Source of the DNA: Tubulanus polymorphus | Taxonomy: Eukaryota > Animalia > Nemertea | Direction of reading: 5' to 3' | DNA: 64,000 nucleotides | NCBI RefSeq assembly: GCF_964204645.1 | Contig: NC_134034.1 | Coordinates: 8,072,962-8,136,961 of the forward strand | Shown here: positions 40,460-53,060 of the stretch, in pieces | How the letters are laid out: each line of letters begins with the position of its first letter | Numbering within the stretch: the first letter of the stretch is position 1 | Translations under genes and position numbers: made by a program | The notes under the pieces: generated by a model | Told to the model about the DNA's origin: nothing | The model's input: the letters and a program-made list of their open reading frames with translations, nothing else | Database searches by the model: none

Positions 40460-42171
40460 ATGGAACAAAATCATGATTTAGGTAAGCGATTTAAACATCT
40501 TGAAAATGCCTATTCAAATTAGATATATGTGAAGGGTCTAGTACCGAAGTCATGAATCTTCTGGATACGAAGGTTGTGGGTCATTAATTGACGTATCAAA
40601 CATTCTAGAAATAATCAAACGCTTTTTATCCACTGTCAGGTATCACTGAAGTCATAACCTATCAAGTTATGTCTTCTTGAATACCGACATTAGAGCGGTT
40701 AAAAAGCGCCACTGATTTATTCGAAATCTTCGAGGAAATATACAATACAAACGCTTAATATCCACCGTCAGGTATCACTGAAGTCATAACCTATCAATTA
40801 TCAAGTTATAGTCTTCTTGAATACCGACATTAGAGTGGTTAAAAGGCGTAGATTCAATTAACGTCTGTCCACAGCTTACGGGATCACTGAAGTCATAACT
40901 TTACAGCCCAACCTACATGTGGTTAAACTAGGCCTACTATACTGACATGGTTTTATAAGTTACGTTTGGGTTAATTTTTCAATTCGTCATAATTAACATT
41001 ATTTAGTTGCATGTCAGTCAGGAAAGCAATGACCGGTCTATGAAAGACAAAAATCATCTTTCTATTTTTTTTCAAGTGAAAAATACCGTATAGAAGTAAT
41101 ACTATTTTCATATCTATCACTTCAGGTATCGCCCACGGAAAGGCTGCAAGGGTCATCAGGAAGAATCGTCGCCGTCGAGCTAACAATAAACAAAAACAGG
41201 CTTTGCAGTTATCAAACCTAAATGAGATCGTTCAACGGCAACAGTTACAGTTACATGCCATCAGTAAATGCCCTAAGCAAACTATTTTACCAGGGAAAGT
41301 TAACTGTAATGTGACAAAAGTGTTCTCTTCTGTCATAATGCGGTCGACCAGTGTTCGTTCAATGGCAGGTAGTAGAGTACCACATTTAAAGAGCCGTTAC
41401 TCGTCATCCAGCGCATTGAATCGCGAACTGTGTGCAGTTCCGGTTAGACTGAAAAGTGGACTGTTTACTTACGTAGATTCGAATCCCCGTTGGAGCGGTG
41501 CAAATGGCCAAATATTCATTGCACGATCAAAACTGACTGCGATAGACGTGCGCGTTGCAGTTAAAAAAACCTTTGATGGGGGCGACCTTTCGCGTGAATT
41601 AAAGGTTTTGGCGTACTTGAATGGCAAACATGAGTGTGTCCCATTCTTATATGGAGAAATGTCCAAGATGTTAGTGATGGAACTCGTGTCGGACGAAGAC
41701 TGTACTCTTCGTCACGTTATTAGAAATAACAAGTTATCGAAAGAAAAGTTAATGTTCGTTTGCATGAAAATTGCGAAAGGATTAGCCTTCCTTCATGGTG
41801 AAAAGATTTTACACAATGACCTTCATGACAATAATATACTAGTTCCATCTACACTCAGAGTGAAAATCATTGATTTCGGTTCCGCAACTCTCACAACGAA
41901 TCCGAGAAAATACTATCTCAGCCCTGCGGAGAGAGACATATACAACAGAAAGCATAGCCACATTGGTTGGGAATTGAGAAATGTATGGGGAGCTGCACAG
42001 TCAGCCGCCAGCGATATGTATTCGTTTGGTCGAATTTTGAAGGTGTTGGTTACGTTGTGTGGTCTGGATTTGTTGAAAAACCTTTCCAATGCATGTCGGG
42101 ATCGCAATTGTGCATTGCGACCGTCCGCTCAATATTCTGCTGAACAAATTGAAATATGTTACAGTAATTAA
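40460..42171 (+). CDS. Protein kinase; exons 40460-40481 and 41126-42171
   Basis: MEQNHDL-G|gtaagc...ttcag|GT ATC is a phase-1 join. Motifs SGANGQIF, VAVKK, RELKVL, LHNDLHDNNIL, IIDFGSA, SDMYSFG and RPSA. AATAAA follows the stop. Confidence 0.88.
40617..40900 (+). repeat. Two full and one partial ~132-bp tandem units in the kinase intron
   Basis: CAGGTATCACTGAAGTCATAACCTATCAA...TCTTCTTGAATACCGACATTAGAG is repeated. Confidence 0.8.
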
Positions 42172-42497
42172 AAGTCAATAAAGATTTGAACGTGCTTTTA
42201 GATTACCACATACAGTGTATTTTATCTTCATTTTCTTATTCATTTTTCAACCTATTTTACGGATACAAATACATTAAATGCACCTTAATATATCATTCTT
42301 GTGATATCTCGTGTAAATGAACAAGCTGCAAGTTGGATATTTAAGAATTGTGAAATTGAGAGTACCGGCAAATTAGACTGAACCAATCTGAAAAGCAACT
42401 CAAATAACCAGCCGACTGGACATCACCGGTTTTATCGAATACCGTGCTATGGATTAGCGTAATCCATTGGAAATACGCATGAAAAATTTGATCTTTA

Positions 42498-43099
42498 GGC
42501 CATACCAAAAGAAAACCGTGTTTCTCGGGCCCGACCGACCCGATATTTCGTCGTTTCAAATAATCATTTTCAGATTAGAATATAATTGCCTACCGACCCT
42601 TTTTCAAAATTTTGAAGATAGATTTAACTTTTGAAAATATATATGTGGCCGGCCGACTACAAAACGCTCTAATTCTCGTAAATATATTTTTTCTTAATCA
42701 AATTGTGATGTCAGCACTGATATCAACATCATAAAAATACTTTATTACATCGGATTTATAAATTTGATTCTGGAAATGATACAGCCATGCTCAGACCATT
42801 TTGCTGATAAGACATTGATAGCGACCTTGAATTGTAAAATTCCAGGAATTCCGTGAAATATAGTTTTTGAATAGTTAATTGTACAAACGCCAGAACTTCC
42901 TTTTATTATAGTGGTCTACAAGCTGTTAATCATATTCCTGACTAAAAATTTGGTCCAGTGAAAGGTTTTTACGGCGACCTACCCATTTTCAGAAGTATAC
43001 CAAATATTTTGTTTTCTATAAAAAGAAAAAATATCCCCCACCTATCTACCCATTTTGGTGATTGCCCCGCCCGAGAAACATGATTTTTTTGGTGTGGCG
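42498..43099. mobile_element. MITE with TTA flanks (Zator-like)
   Basis: GGCCATACCAAAAG..TGTTTCTCGGGC mirrored by GCCCGAGAAACA..TTTTGGTGTGGCG. TTA on both sides. CCGACCGACCC subterminal motifs. Confidence 0.72.
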
Positions 43100-44419
43100 T
43101 TAATGCTTCAAAGTCATTTAAGTTCTAAAAATAATTTATAAAATGAGCTGCCGAACAGCTGGTTTTATAAACTGCCTGTAATTTCGGCGATAGTTTTGGC
43201 GGTTAAGGTACCAACTGTTACAGATTATAGGTGGTCAGTTTTATAAGAGGTCGAATATGCAGATATCCAATCGGTGGTGCTTGACATTTTGAGAAGAGTA
43301 ACTACAACCGTTCAATGTTTACAGGAGCACACCTGCTTAGACGTATCATACAGAAATTTTTCATATTTCTTTGATATGATATAAGCGAAATATAAACAGA
43401 TTGAGTTTTCTATTCATGTGAACATGTTCTTTTTGATCAATCTCTGATTTTGATGGTGTCCTAATAGACACTTATTAGTTGATTAAGGAAAGAACCTAAG
43501 AAGATGACGTCCAAAAACATTGAGGCACGTGATTTAAACCAAACTCAAACAGTGTCAAGTTTTGAACCATAAATCTACATATTTTCTAATCTTGCAACGG
43601 ATAACGGATAATCTGATAACGGACGTTGTGCTTTATTTTTTGTACACAGCCGATTCTATTCAATTTTTACTAATTTAACTGCGATTGACGCATGTGAGTC
43701 TTGATCAAGGGTCGCGAAAGGAGAATATCTTTATCCACCACATTGACGGAATCCATTCTAAATTACCCATCTGAAGTCACATTTTAAAGTATTGCTCACT
43801 CTGCCTTAGGCCATCCCGCTGCATGCTGCTACAGTTTTTCTTTTCACGCTGGGTTGATGGTAATATTTGTCTACGATAAGATCACCAGCATTTCAGTACA
43901 TGAGAGTACTCGAACCCCCGCAGGGACTGGAACAAGTGCTTTCTTGAATGGTCAAGGACAGACTGCATATCGGCTGGACGTAAACATGCACTCTTTGTTT
44001 TTATTATTTAAGGCATGGACTCTAATTTGTTAAAGGGTCCATGTTTAAAATTAAGGAAAATGGGCTCAAATATGCATATCTGGCAGATACAGTTTTACAG
44101 TCAATTTAAGATTCTATACTAATAAAGCAAAAAACTAAGTGGGAAATAACTTTTGGACAGAGGTTCGATTTAATTGATTTTCTGATCACGGGAATTGCTC
44201 CAATTACCGTACATGTTAACACGTCTCGGCGGAAACTCTCGTTTATCAAATGTCAAGTGATCATAATGATAAAAATACTTTACTTTTGATACCTATAGCT
44301 AATCTACAGTTTTTATTTCTAACTACATGTACAACACAACGTATAACGCGTTAACTTTTACGCACAAAAAAGATCTCTTCGCATATTTCCCTACAGATGT
44401 ATTGTGTATTGAATTACAG

Positions 44420-47400
44420 GTGATCCATTTAGAGACTCAGATCTCAGTGAAAGTGATGAAAATGAAGAAAATCTGCCGCCAGCAATTAGCTCTGGTAAGC
44501 TCAACTTTAATGTGAAACTGAGTCCTTTGGGCTTCTGAAAACTGATCATTTCTATCTGAAATAGTAGTATAGTAAATCTATCGCATGTCGGGGATTTTAA
44601 TGTCTATCTAACTATATATTACAATAGGTCTTAAACGCAAACGAGTACGTCCAATAGGATCTACAAAAAAAGCAAAGACAACTCACCTCAAGAATTTGTC
44701 TAATGATAAAAGCGGTAAGGTCTGTCGGTGTGTCTATCATCATCTTTAAACTTAGAATCTATATATTCGTACGAGACTAGCTATGTCGCCGCAGGGAAGT
44801 GTCTTGAGAATTTTTTTTGTGTGGCAGTGAATTTTCCTATAAACTAATGTTAAGGCAAAAAGCGGGCATAAACAATTTATATGGGGCCAAACGGTCGCAA
44901 ACAAAGTTTCAGCCAACGAACATGATTTTGTTTTTTTTCCAGCAACTCGCTGTCTCATACCTGTCAACAAGCTATGCTCAACACACTGCTGCGATGAATG
45001 GTGCTTAGCTGAAATTCCCTTGCAAAAAATATCCGACGTTAGATCCGACTTTCAGTCATTAAAAATGTATGAGCAAAAACAATTCATCCTAGACTACCTT
45101 CTACATCACTCTATAGAAACTGATACCGATAGTCTAAACGTGATTTTCACAATTGGTGCTTTTAAAACCTGCTCACGGGCTTGGATGTTAGCCTTAGGAA
45201 TAAAGAAGTCAAGATACTACAGTATTAAACGAGAATTTACTGAAGGTATGTTGCATCTTTGTTTTTCACTTTCGGGTCTCAGTTTTCTCGAATTTTGTCA
45301 TTCTAAAATAAACATTAACCTCTCATATCTCTCTTATTTTGTTAATTCATCCAACATTTCATAATGAGATATTTCATACATACTAATAATTTCCACACAA
45401 CTAAGACATAAGTCTTTCATAGATACTTTCTCCTCGGAAATTATTTGGATTACGAATACTGGTGGTATACTTATAAAATGATATTTTAATCTGAGGATGT
45501 TAGAAACGTATCTTAGACTGTCTGATTAAAAATCTGACTATTTCTCTTCAATTTTAGGTAGCGCAAAATCTATATCTCCTCCTGGTATATCAAGATCGGG
45601 TAGTTTTACATCGGCAAGTCAAGTTACAATGGCTTGGCTACGGGAATACTGCGAAAAGTTTGCTGACAAATTGCCAAACCAGGAGAAGCTGCATCTACCA
45701 TCCTGCCTTACAAAAGGGGACGTGTTCAGAATGTGTGAAGAAGAACTAGGCACAGATAATGTTTGTTCTGAATCACACTTTTATCATTTGTGGAGAAATC
45801 ATTTCGAGAACGTTTCTATCCCGAAGGTATAATTCTTCTTTTTACTGCATGCTGTAACATTCTCATTTTAAGTGTATTTCAAATCGATTCGAGTTTGAGC
45901 AATCCTGGAGAGAAGTAATAGATTATTATCATAACTATTTTCAGGTCGGTAGATTTTCAAAGTGTGACAAGTGCGTTAAGGTAAAAGATCTCCTACAGGC
46001 GACCAAAAATAAGAAAAAACGCAAGAAAGTACTCAAGTATCGAGAAAAACACTTACGACAGCAAAAGTAAGTGAATGTTTATGTTCACATCATTAAAATG
46101 CCACATCCAAATCTAACTGTTTAGATTTAGATTTTGATTCGCATACAGCGCGTGCTAAGTATTTGAACAGTGTTTTGATGAAATGGTCGTCTGGATTGAA
46201 ATTCTCGCAAACTGATAAGATTCTATTTGAATGTTCTCATGCAAATGAATGCAAACTGATAAGATTCTATTTGAATGTTCTTATATTTGAATGTTTTCAC
46301 GCCTATTTTTGGCCGTGGCATTAATTGTTTATTGGTTGACTGCCACAAAAATTCATGCCCCGGTGCTCATCTTTGCGGTGACAGCAGCTAGTGCGCAGTA
46401 GTTTTGTATTCATAAATAGATCGTTAGGGTATTAATGATATATTGGGTCTAATAAGAAAAAAATCCATTTTTCTCAAATCTTGAAAATATTTACTAACAC
46501 GCTTTTGTGAAGCGCTTTTGGAGATTAAGAATTTCTTCAATTCGCATAAAAACATCAAAAACGCAAACAAAACGTTAACAACAATGCGTGTTAGGTAATA
46601 AAAACAGGTTTCTTCACTGTTGACGTCATTTCTGTGGCATGAAAACAATCCTATTTTCAGGATTTGAAATTTTTCCGATAAATCAGAATATGATGCCCCA
46701 TGTCCATCTGCCATCATACATAAATTCTGCAATCGTGAGGAATTTTGGAATCATTTTTCTACCAATGCACGAACTTATAATACGTAATTTTCTGTTTTTT
46801 ATGTTCTAGTGTAGAGAGACAGAAATATTACAAACACGCCGAGAAAGCTCGGAAAAATCCAGCGAAATACATGTCCTTAATAATCGACGGAATGGATCAA
46901 GCGAAGACGTTTATTCCCCATTTTTCAACTGTACCGAAATCGATATCATCTGCATGGCGCATGAAAACGCATGTAACAGGTGTCATACTACATGGGAGAC
47001 AAGTCTACGGTTTCTTCGACAAATGTGAATATCCGCATTCGGGAAATCTAACAATGAATATTATTTTGAACATTCTTTTCCTTCATAAGGAAGATCTTCC
47101 CCCTACATTGTATTTGCAAATGGATAATTGTTGGAGAGACAACAAGAATAGATTTGTTTTTGCATTTCTGCACATGCTTGTGCAAATGCGTATCTTTGAC
47201 AAAATCAAAGTAAGCTTTCTGATGGTAGGACATACTCACGAGGATATCGACCAGCTTTTCTCGCGTTTTTCAACATATCTGAACAGACACGATGCTATTA
47301 CGATGCAACAGTTAATGTCTGCCTTTGAGGCATGTGACAAAAAACATTCACCAGTAGGCATCGAAATCGACCACTGCTACAATATTTCGTCATGGCTGAG

Positions 47401-49150
47401 TGAGGAAATAGAAAAGATCTCTTTTCATTCGAAGCCTCATGTATTTAAAATATCTCGAGATGCGAATGGCCAAGCAAAGATGACCACAAAAAAATGGTCA
47501 ACAGATCGCGTGTGGATTGATTGCGATGGAGACAAGTTTGGACACCTCCTTCGAAAAATTCCTTCTGGAGTGCCGGATATGATCAAACCAAACTTCGACA
47601 ATATTGAATTCAACCGGCTACGTAGTGATGTCGAACGTGCGTTCAAATTTATGGCGAATGAAGATCGATCGTGGTGGAAAAAGTACCTCGAAGAATTGGA
47701 ACTTAGAATAAATGAAGACGGTAAGTTAAGCTGAGGTTCTGTATTGAGAAGGCTTAATTGCGTTTCAGCTCTGAGTATCGGCCAATGCATCGTCCTTTTT
47801 CTAAGACAAGAAATAGTTGGCATAACACTCTTCATAAACAAACAATGTTAAATGTTTCAGGAGATCCATACGAATTTTCCGACATGTGGATGCTTGGAGA
47901 AATCGACGAAGCTGTCAAAAACAAGCTAAAACAGTGTGAAGCCGAGAACGATGCTGACGATGATACAGACGACGGGCTATCAGATTTATCTGACGATGAT
48001 TCGCCAATACCCCGTGTAAGATTACTTAATTTGTCCCGCTTATTCTTTTAATGAAGCAGAGCCCAAGAAGTAGTTACAATCGCAGTGCAGCATATTCTTA
48101 TTTCATTGCAAATTTATGCCGGTTCTTCTTCGTTACCGGGTTGAATCAAAAACTAAGGACAGCCAATTATCAAAATGACAAAATCTAAGCCTAAAACCGT
48201 CCATTAGTTTACTTAACTTGGTCTCGGGATTGTAATAGCAATTGTAATATTTTCTATTCAAGTTCTTTTGATTTCTACACATAAAATGTGACGAAATATT
48301 ATTTCAGACGCTTTTGTACAAGTGCATGTAATTGCACTAACTTATTACATACCGTATCGGTTAACCAGGAAAAGCTTTCACTTTGTAGCGAATGCTTTAG
48401 TTTTTATTAGAAAAACTAACAAATGAAAACACAGGCTTGTAGATACATGGGCCTGAAGGGTTGAAACGCCTCGCTACAAGGCGAATTGCACCAACATTTC
48501 TTCTACGTATCGATATTTTTATCGGCTTGCTAAACAGGACGCCCAATAGTTATTATTGCTTACATCTATGGTGATGCTGTACAATGCATCAAAATAACGC
48601 ATCGTTCATTTTTCATTGATTGGACGTCGAGTGTATGGCGAAAGTCAACCAGTCACGCATCAATAAACATAGTTTAATTACTCCAACTGCTAAAAGTATA
48701 CTAAAAAACCTTTGCTTTCAAAGGTATCCATTTTGATGAACTATTATTATATAATGACAGTGCTGTAATAAGTTGCTTGATAACGTTTTATTTTCGAAAT
48801 TTTAGGTTGTAATTGGTAAGAAATCCGGAACTTCAACGGTCAAAGATGTTGAAAGAGAAATGGTAGTTGGCGATTTGTGCTTATTAGACATGGCAAAATA
48901 TGCAGATTACTGGCCTCAAATAGGCGAGGTGATTGAAATAAATGACGAAGTTATAAAACTACGGTGGTATAAAGGGGGGTTGACTGGAAAGATAGAACCG
49001 GAGGTTCTATTCAAAAAAGGAAATGGAAAAATTGACTGGATAGAGGAAGTTAGTCGGCCCGTAATTTGGAAATGGGGCTTCAAGCTTACGCCAAAAGGAT
49101 ACCTAACAACAGAAATAAAAGCATGCATTAACGCTTATGCAGACTTTTAG
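44420..49150 (+). CDS. Sola1/DUF7869-type RNase H-fold transposase-like protein; exons 44420-44494, 44628-44714, 44943-45245, 45558-45826, 45945-46066, 46810-47720, 47861-48015, 48806-49150 (start exon unresolved)
   Basis: Seven GT-AG introns, all phase-compatible, give ~755 open codons. Acidic motifs IIDGMDQAKT, LQMDNCWRDNKN and FLMVGHTHEDIDQLFS. Upstream CC..WC and KCDKC...H. C-terminal WPQIGEV...LRWY beta-barrel-like domain. Confidence 0.82.
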
Positions 49151-49449
49151 TAGTCAAAAACGCGTACGTTCTCTGTAAACTTCAAAACAATTTATGACTA
49201 ATTTCCAAGTTGTTTTTTGCCTCATATATTATATCATATTTAATGCAGCTAAATATTTCAACTGACAGAATGGTCTTTGCACCTTTCTGGATATTTGTAC
49301 GCAAAAATATCTTGCTAAGTGCAAAGATACACGCATTTTATAAAGTAACCGCCCATTATTTAGAATATAGATTACCCAGGCAGAGGCCGATTTCGGGTCA
49401 GCCGCCGTCTGTGTAGTCAGAGAGGTGGGAAGTACTTATAACCAACGAA

Positions 49450-49517
49450 CAGCCGATGCTCACAGCGCGCAAATGTTTGTTAAGGTCAGCGAGCTCAGTG
49501 ACGTCACGCAGAGCGTC
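49450..49517 (+). repeat. Right bipartite direct repeat
   Basis: Box A CAGCCGATGCTCACAGC (16/17 identical to the left copy). Box B GAGCTCAGTGACGTCACGCAGAGCGTC (25/27). Confidence 0.85.
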
Positions 49518-49532
49518 CACACTTTATGCAGC

Positions 49533-49898
49533 TATCAATGTGAACCCTGACCCCGCCTACCTCAGTCATGTCAGACGCTCATCAGACGTCGAATGCTGAA
49601 CAAACAGTTTAGAAACAAACAACGGATTCGTGACAAATACAATCAAATTGGACTTCTGTTGAAGCAAAATGGTTGGTTAATCATTTTGCTGACTATTTTA
49701 GTTCAATTCAACTCCATATAAATTCATCAACTTATAATTGGCATCATAAATGGTTACTTGATTTGATTGACAAACATAAGAGAGAATTTTTGATACGTAC
49801 ATCAAAAATGAAATGAAACATGACGGATCTTACATATAAAAAGAGTTCGTCAAATCCTGAGCGAAGAAGCGGGGAGGAGGTCAAGGCTCACATTGATA
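49533..49898. mobile_element. MITE
   Basis: TATCAATGTGAACCCTGACC / GGTCAAGGCTCACATTGATA inverted pair (18/20). Confidence 0.65.
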
Positions 49899-51811
49899 TG
49901 TTTATTGAATGATCCAGATATCGATCTAAACATAATCGTAATGGCTAGCAATCGATACGAAAACATACACACGGCCAGTATCTTTCATCCCAAACATGTG
50001 TTAATTCAAAGTGCCAACCTGTTACAAATTTGTTTCTAGACACCACTGTCTGACCGCAAATCAAAATTATGTACGCAGATTTCCGTAGCATTCGGTCTTC
50101 TTGGTCGGGAGTCGATGATTGAGCCAATCCGGGTCACTGACAGTAGTGATTGATAGCTCTGCTAGCTGCCTTTTGAAAATTTTCAGTTCATGGTACAATG
50201 ACGTATTTAAATTTCTGATCTCAGATAGGCTTACGATAATTCAATATATGTTTTCAATTGAACCATGCACTCTCCATGATTGAACCAAGCGATTTAACTG
50301 ATTTGTGCAGCCATATTCCGAAATAGAGCGAATTCATCTTTTACGATGGAAATTGCGTTCGATTTTATTTGAAAAGTCAACAGATCGACAAAATGGAAAT
50401 TATAAAGTGACCGTAGAGTCATTTACTTACTTATCAACACAATCATTGCCTATCACTATGATGAATCTAACAAAGGTCCAGTGGAATTATATATGAAATT
50501 TCAGAAGACTTTTATAAGCTAGTGTCGTGTAGTACAATATCAAATCTACAATCAAATGAATTAAGTGTGACCAACTGTTCAAGAAAACATCTAATACAAC
50601 TACGTTGGTATGCAATCAATCAAACAATCAAAAGTTTCGCTGGCCAATTCTATATCGATTGGATGTATTCATTTTCATCAGTAGGCCTACACTAACTTAC
50701 GTATAGGTGTGGTCTACATGTATTTGAAAGATGTAAAAGTTAAATCTATCGGCATTATTTCTTAGTTTCTATCCGCCTTTGAAAATAACAAATGTATTTG
50801 TCAATCTTTCTGCTAGAGGCGCCCAAATTAATCTAATCAGTATGCATCTTCCTGTGTAATTGTTCATCCTGTTCACCACTCCCATAAATATGTTCATATA
50901 TTTTTTTATAATGTTTATTCCTGGGTATACTGTTCCCCTCAGGGGCTCACAGCCAATTTGGCTTCTAGTATATCCAGCTATATATATTGTACAAATATTG
51001 TTGAAATAATGATTCTTTCTTGTAAATTTGATGTGGCAAATAAATATGTATATACATTTACTTGAATTATATATGAATTTACTTGTGCCATGCGTATTAT
51101 AGTAAGATGTTTTAACGCGTATGCATTTATAGTGTTCAATTCGATCATTGATCCAATATCGCCAAAAGGCCGGCCCAGTAGTCGTGTTTAATCCCGAGCT
51201 TTATTTGCCGAAACGCATCATGTTGTTCTTTAATTGAGTTCATTGTTTGTTTGGATGGCTTCAGTTAATGCTACACCGTTTAAACGTTAAAAGTAATTTC
51301 TACTGTCAAAACATATTGTATATTATTTGGCAGAATGTAATACGTGTTGAATAAACCGCTCTGACGTGAACTCTCACGTATATAAATGTTTCATTTGTTA
51401 TTTTCCACTGACTTTAAGGTTCTTTTTTGACAAAAACCAGGAAACGTTTTATAAGAGCAATATTCAATTTGAAGCAGCCGATTGAGTCTTCTGGTTCGGA
51501 TTAAACATTGTGAGCTACCTTTAAAATTGGAAATGATGATCCACGGTGTTATATGGATACGTTCCTGAATTAGAAGACATGATGAAGAACTACGTAATTG
51601 TGGAAACATTAATCTAAAGAGTGGGAGTAATAAATCAATTGAATAAATATGCGCAAACTCACTAATATGGTGGTAACAATTATAGAGCGATCATCATGAA
51701 TGTAGACATAAAGACAACTTTTTATCTATTTTGAAATTTATCATATGCATTGCATTTTAAAACAAAAGGCCCACTGGCATGCATTTACACTGTGCAATAC
51801 ACACAAGTAAG

Positions 51812-52537
51812 TTCTAAAACAACCGCCAGGTGACCAGCTTCATATATCTATGACACGGGTTCACTATTTATTCTGTTTTCTAAAACAACCGCCAGGTGAC
51901 CAGCTTCATATATCTATGACACGGGTTCAATATCAATTTAGTTTTCTAAAACAACCGCCAGGTGACCAGCTTCATATATTTATGACACGGGTTCAATATC
52001 AATTTCGTTTTCTAAAACAACCGCCAGGTGACCAGCTTCATATATTTATGACACGGGTTCACTATTTATTCTGTTTTCTAAAACAACTGCCGGGTGACCA
52101 GCTTCATATATCTATGACACGGGTTCACTATTTATTCTGTTTTCTAAAACAACCGCCAGGTGACCAGCTTCATATATCTATGACACGGGTTCACTATTTA
52201 TTCTGTTTTCTAAAACAACCGACAGGTGACCAGCTTCATATATCTATGACACGGGTTCACTATCTATTTAGTTTTCTAAAACATCCGCCAGGTGACCAGC
52301 TTCATATATCTATGACACGGGTTCACTATTTATTTAGATGAGTTGGTGTTTATATTTCTGAAACAGACATGCCGTGCCAATAAGAGCATTAATGGTTTAC
52401 TATATCGCAGTAATTGGTAAATCGTTTTATTGAACACGCACAAATAAAATACAGTCGTTGACCGGGAAGTTGGATCCCCGAAAATGAAGGGATTCCAAAT
52501 TTTAATAATTCCATTTTCAAATAATAGACTGTTATAT
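51812..52537 (+). repeat. Long left TIR of a MULE, with ~8 x 66-bp tandem units plus ~200 bp of unique sequence
   Basis: 66-bp period (ATG at 51850, 51916, ...). Inverted copy at 25092-25638. Confidence 0.92.
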
Positions 52538-53060
52538 ATAGTTTGTCTGTACGATATTAATTTTGAAATCTAGTCATTCAATCTAGACGATTGCCTTTGG
52601 TAAATTCACTTAGATCTAGATTAAAAGAGAACTAGTTTCACTGTGCGAAATTAAAGTTGAAATCTAGTCATTCAATTTAGATTATTTAGTTGACCCAGCC
52701 GACCACCTATTTTGGTTAATTAGTATATACTTAGATAGATCATAGGGAAGTTTGTGCAAACTGAAATCTAGTCATTCAATTGAGACAAATTTACCGGTAC
52801 CATTTAAATTCAATTGGTGAACAATTATATACCGGCAAAATTTACAATAGCGCAAATCACCAGGTAAATTAGTTGATAATCAGTTAGCATGCATCACACA
52901 GAAACAAAAGAAAAATATAATTTGTGAACAGAATTAATCCCAGCCACTATATAAAGGGACATGTTTTGATAGTGAGATCATATCCAGCTAGTCTTTGACA
53001 GCGAAATATACACAGCGTTCAAGAAATTTTACAAGATATTACACAACCTTACACAACGAG

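Noticed and set aside
51812-52341. 66-bp arrays as a CRISPR array or a repeat protein (MTRVHYLFCFLKQ..., also at 25288-25581)
   Set aside because: The units are contiguous with no unique spacers and there are no cas genes. The ORFs arise because 66 is a multiple of 3. The arrays are part of MULE TIRs.
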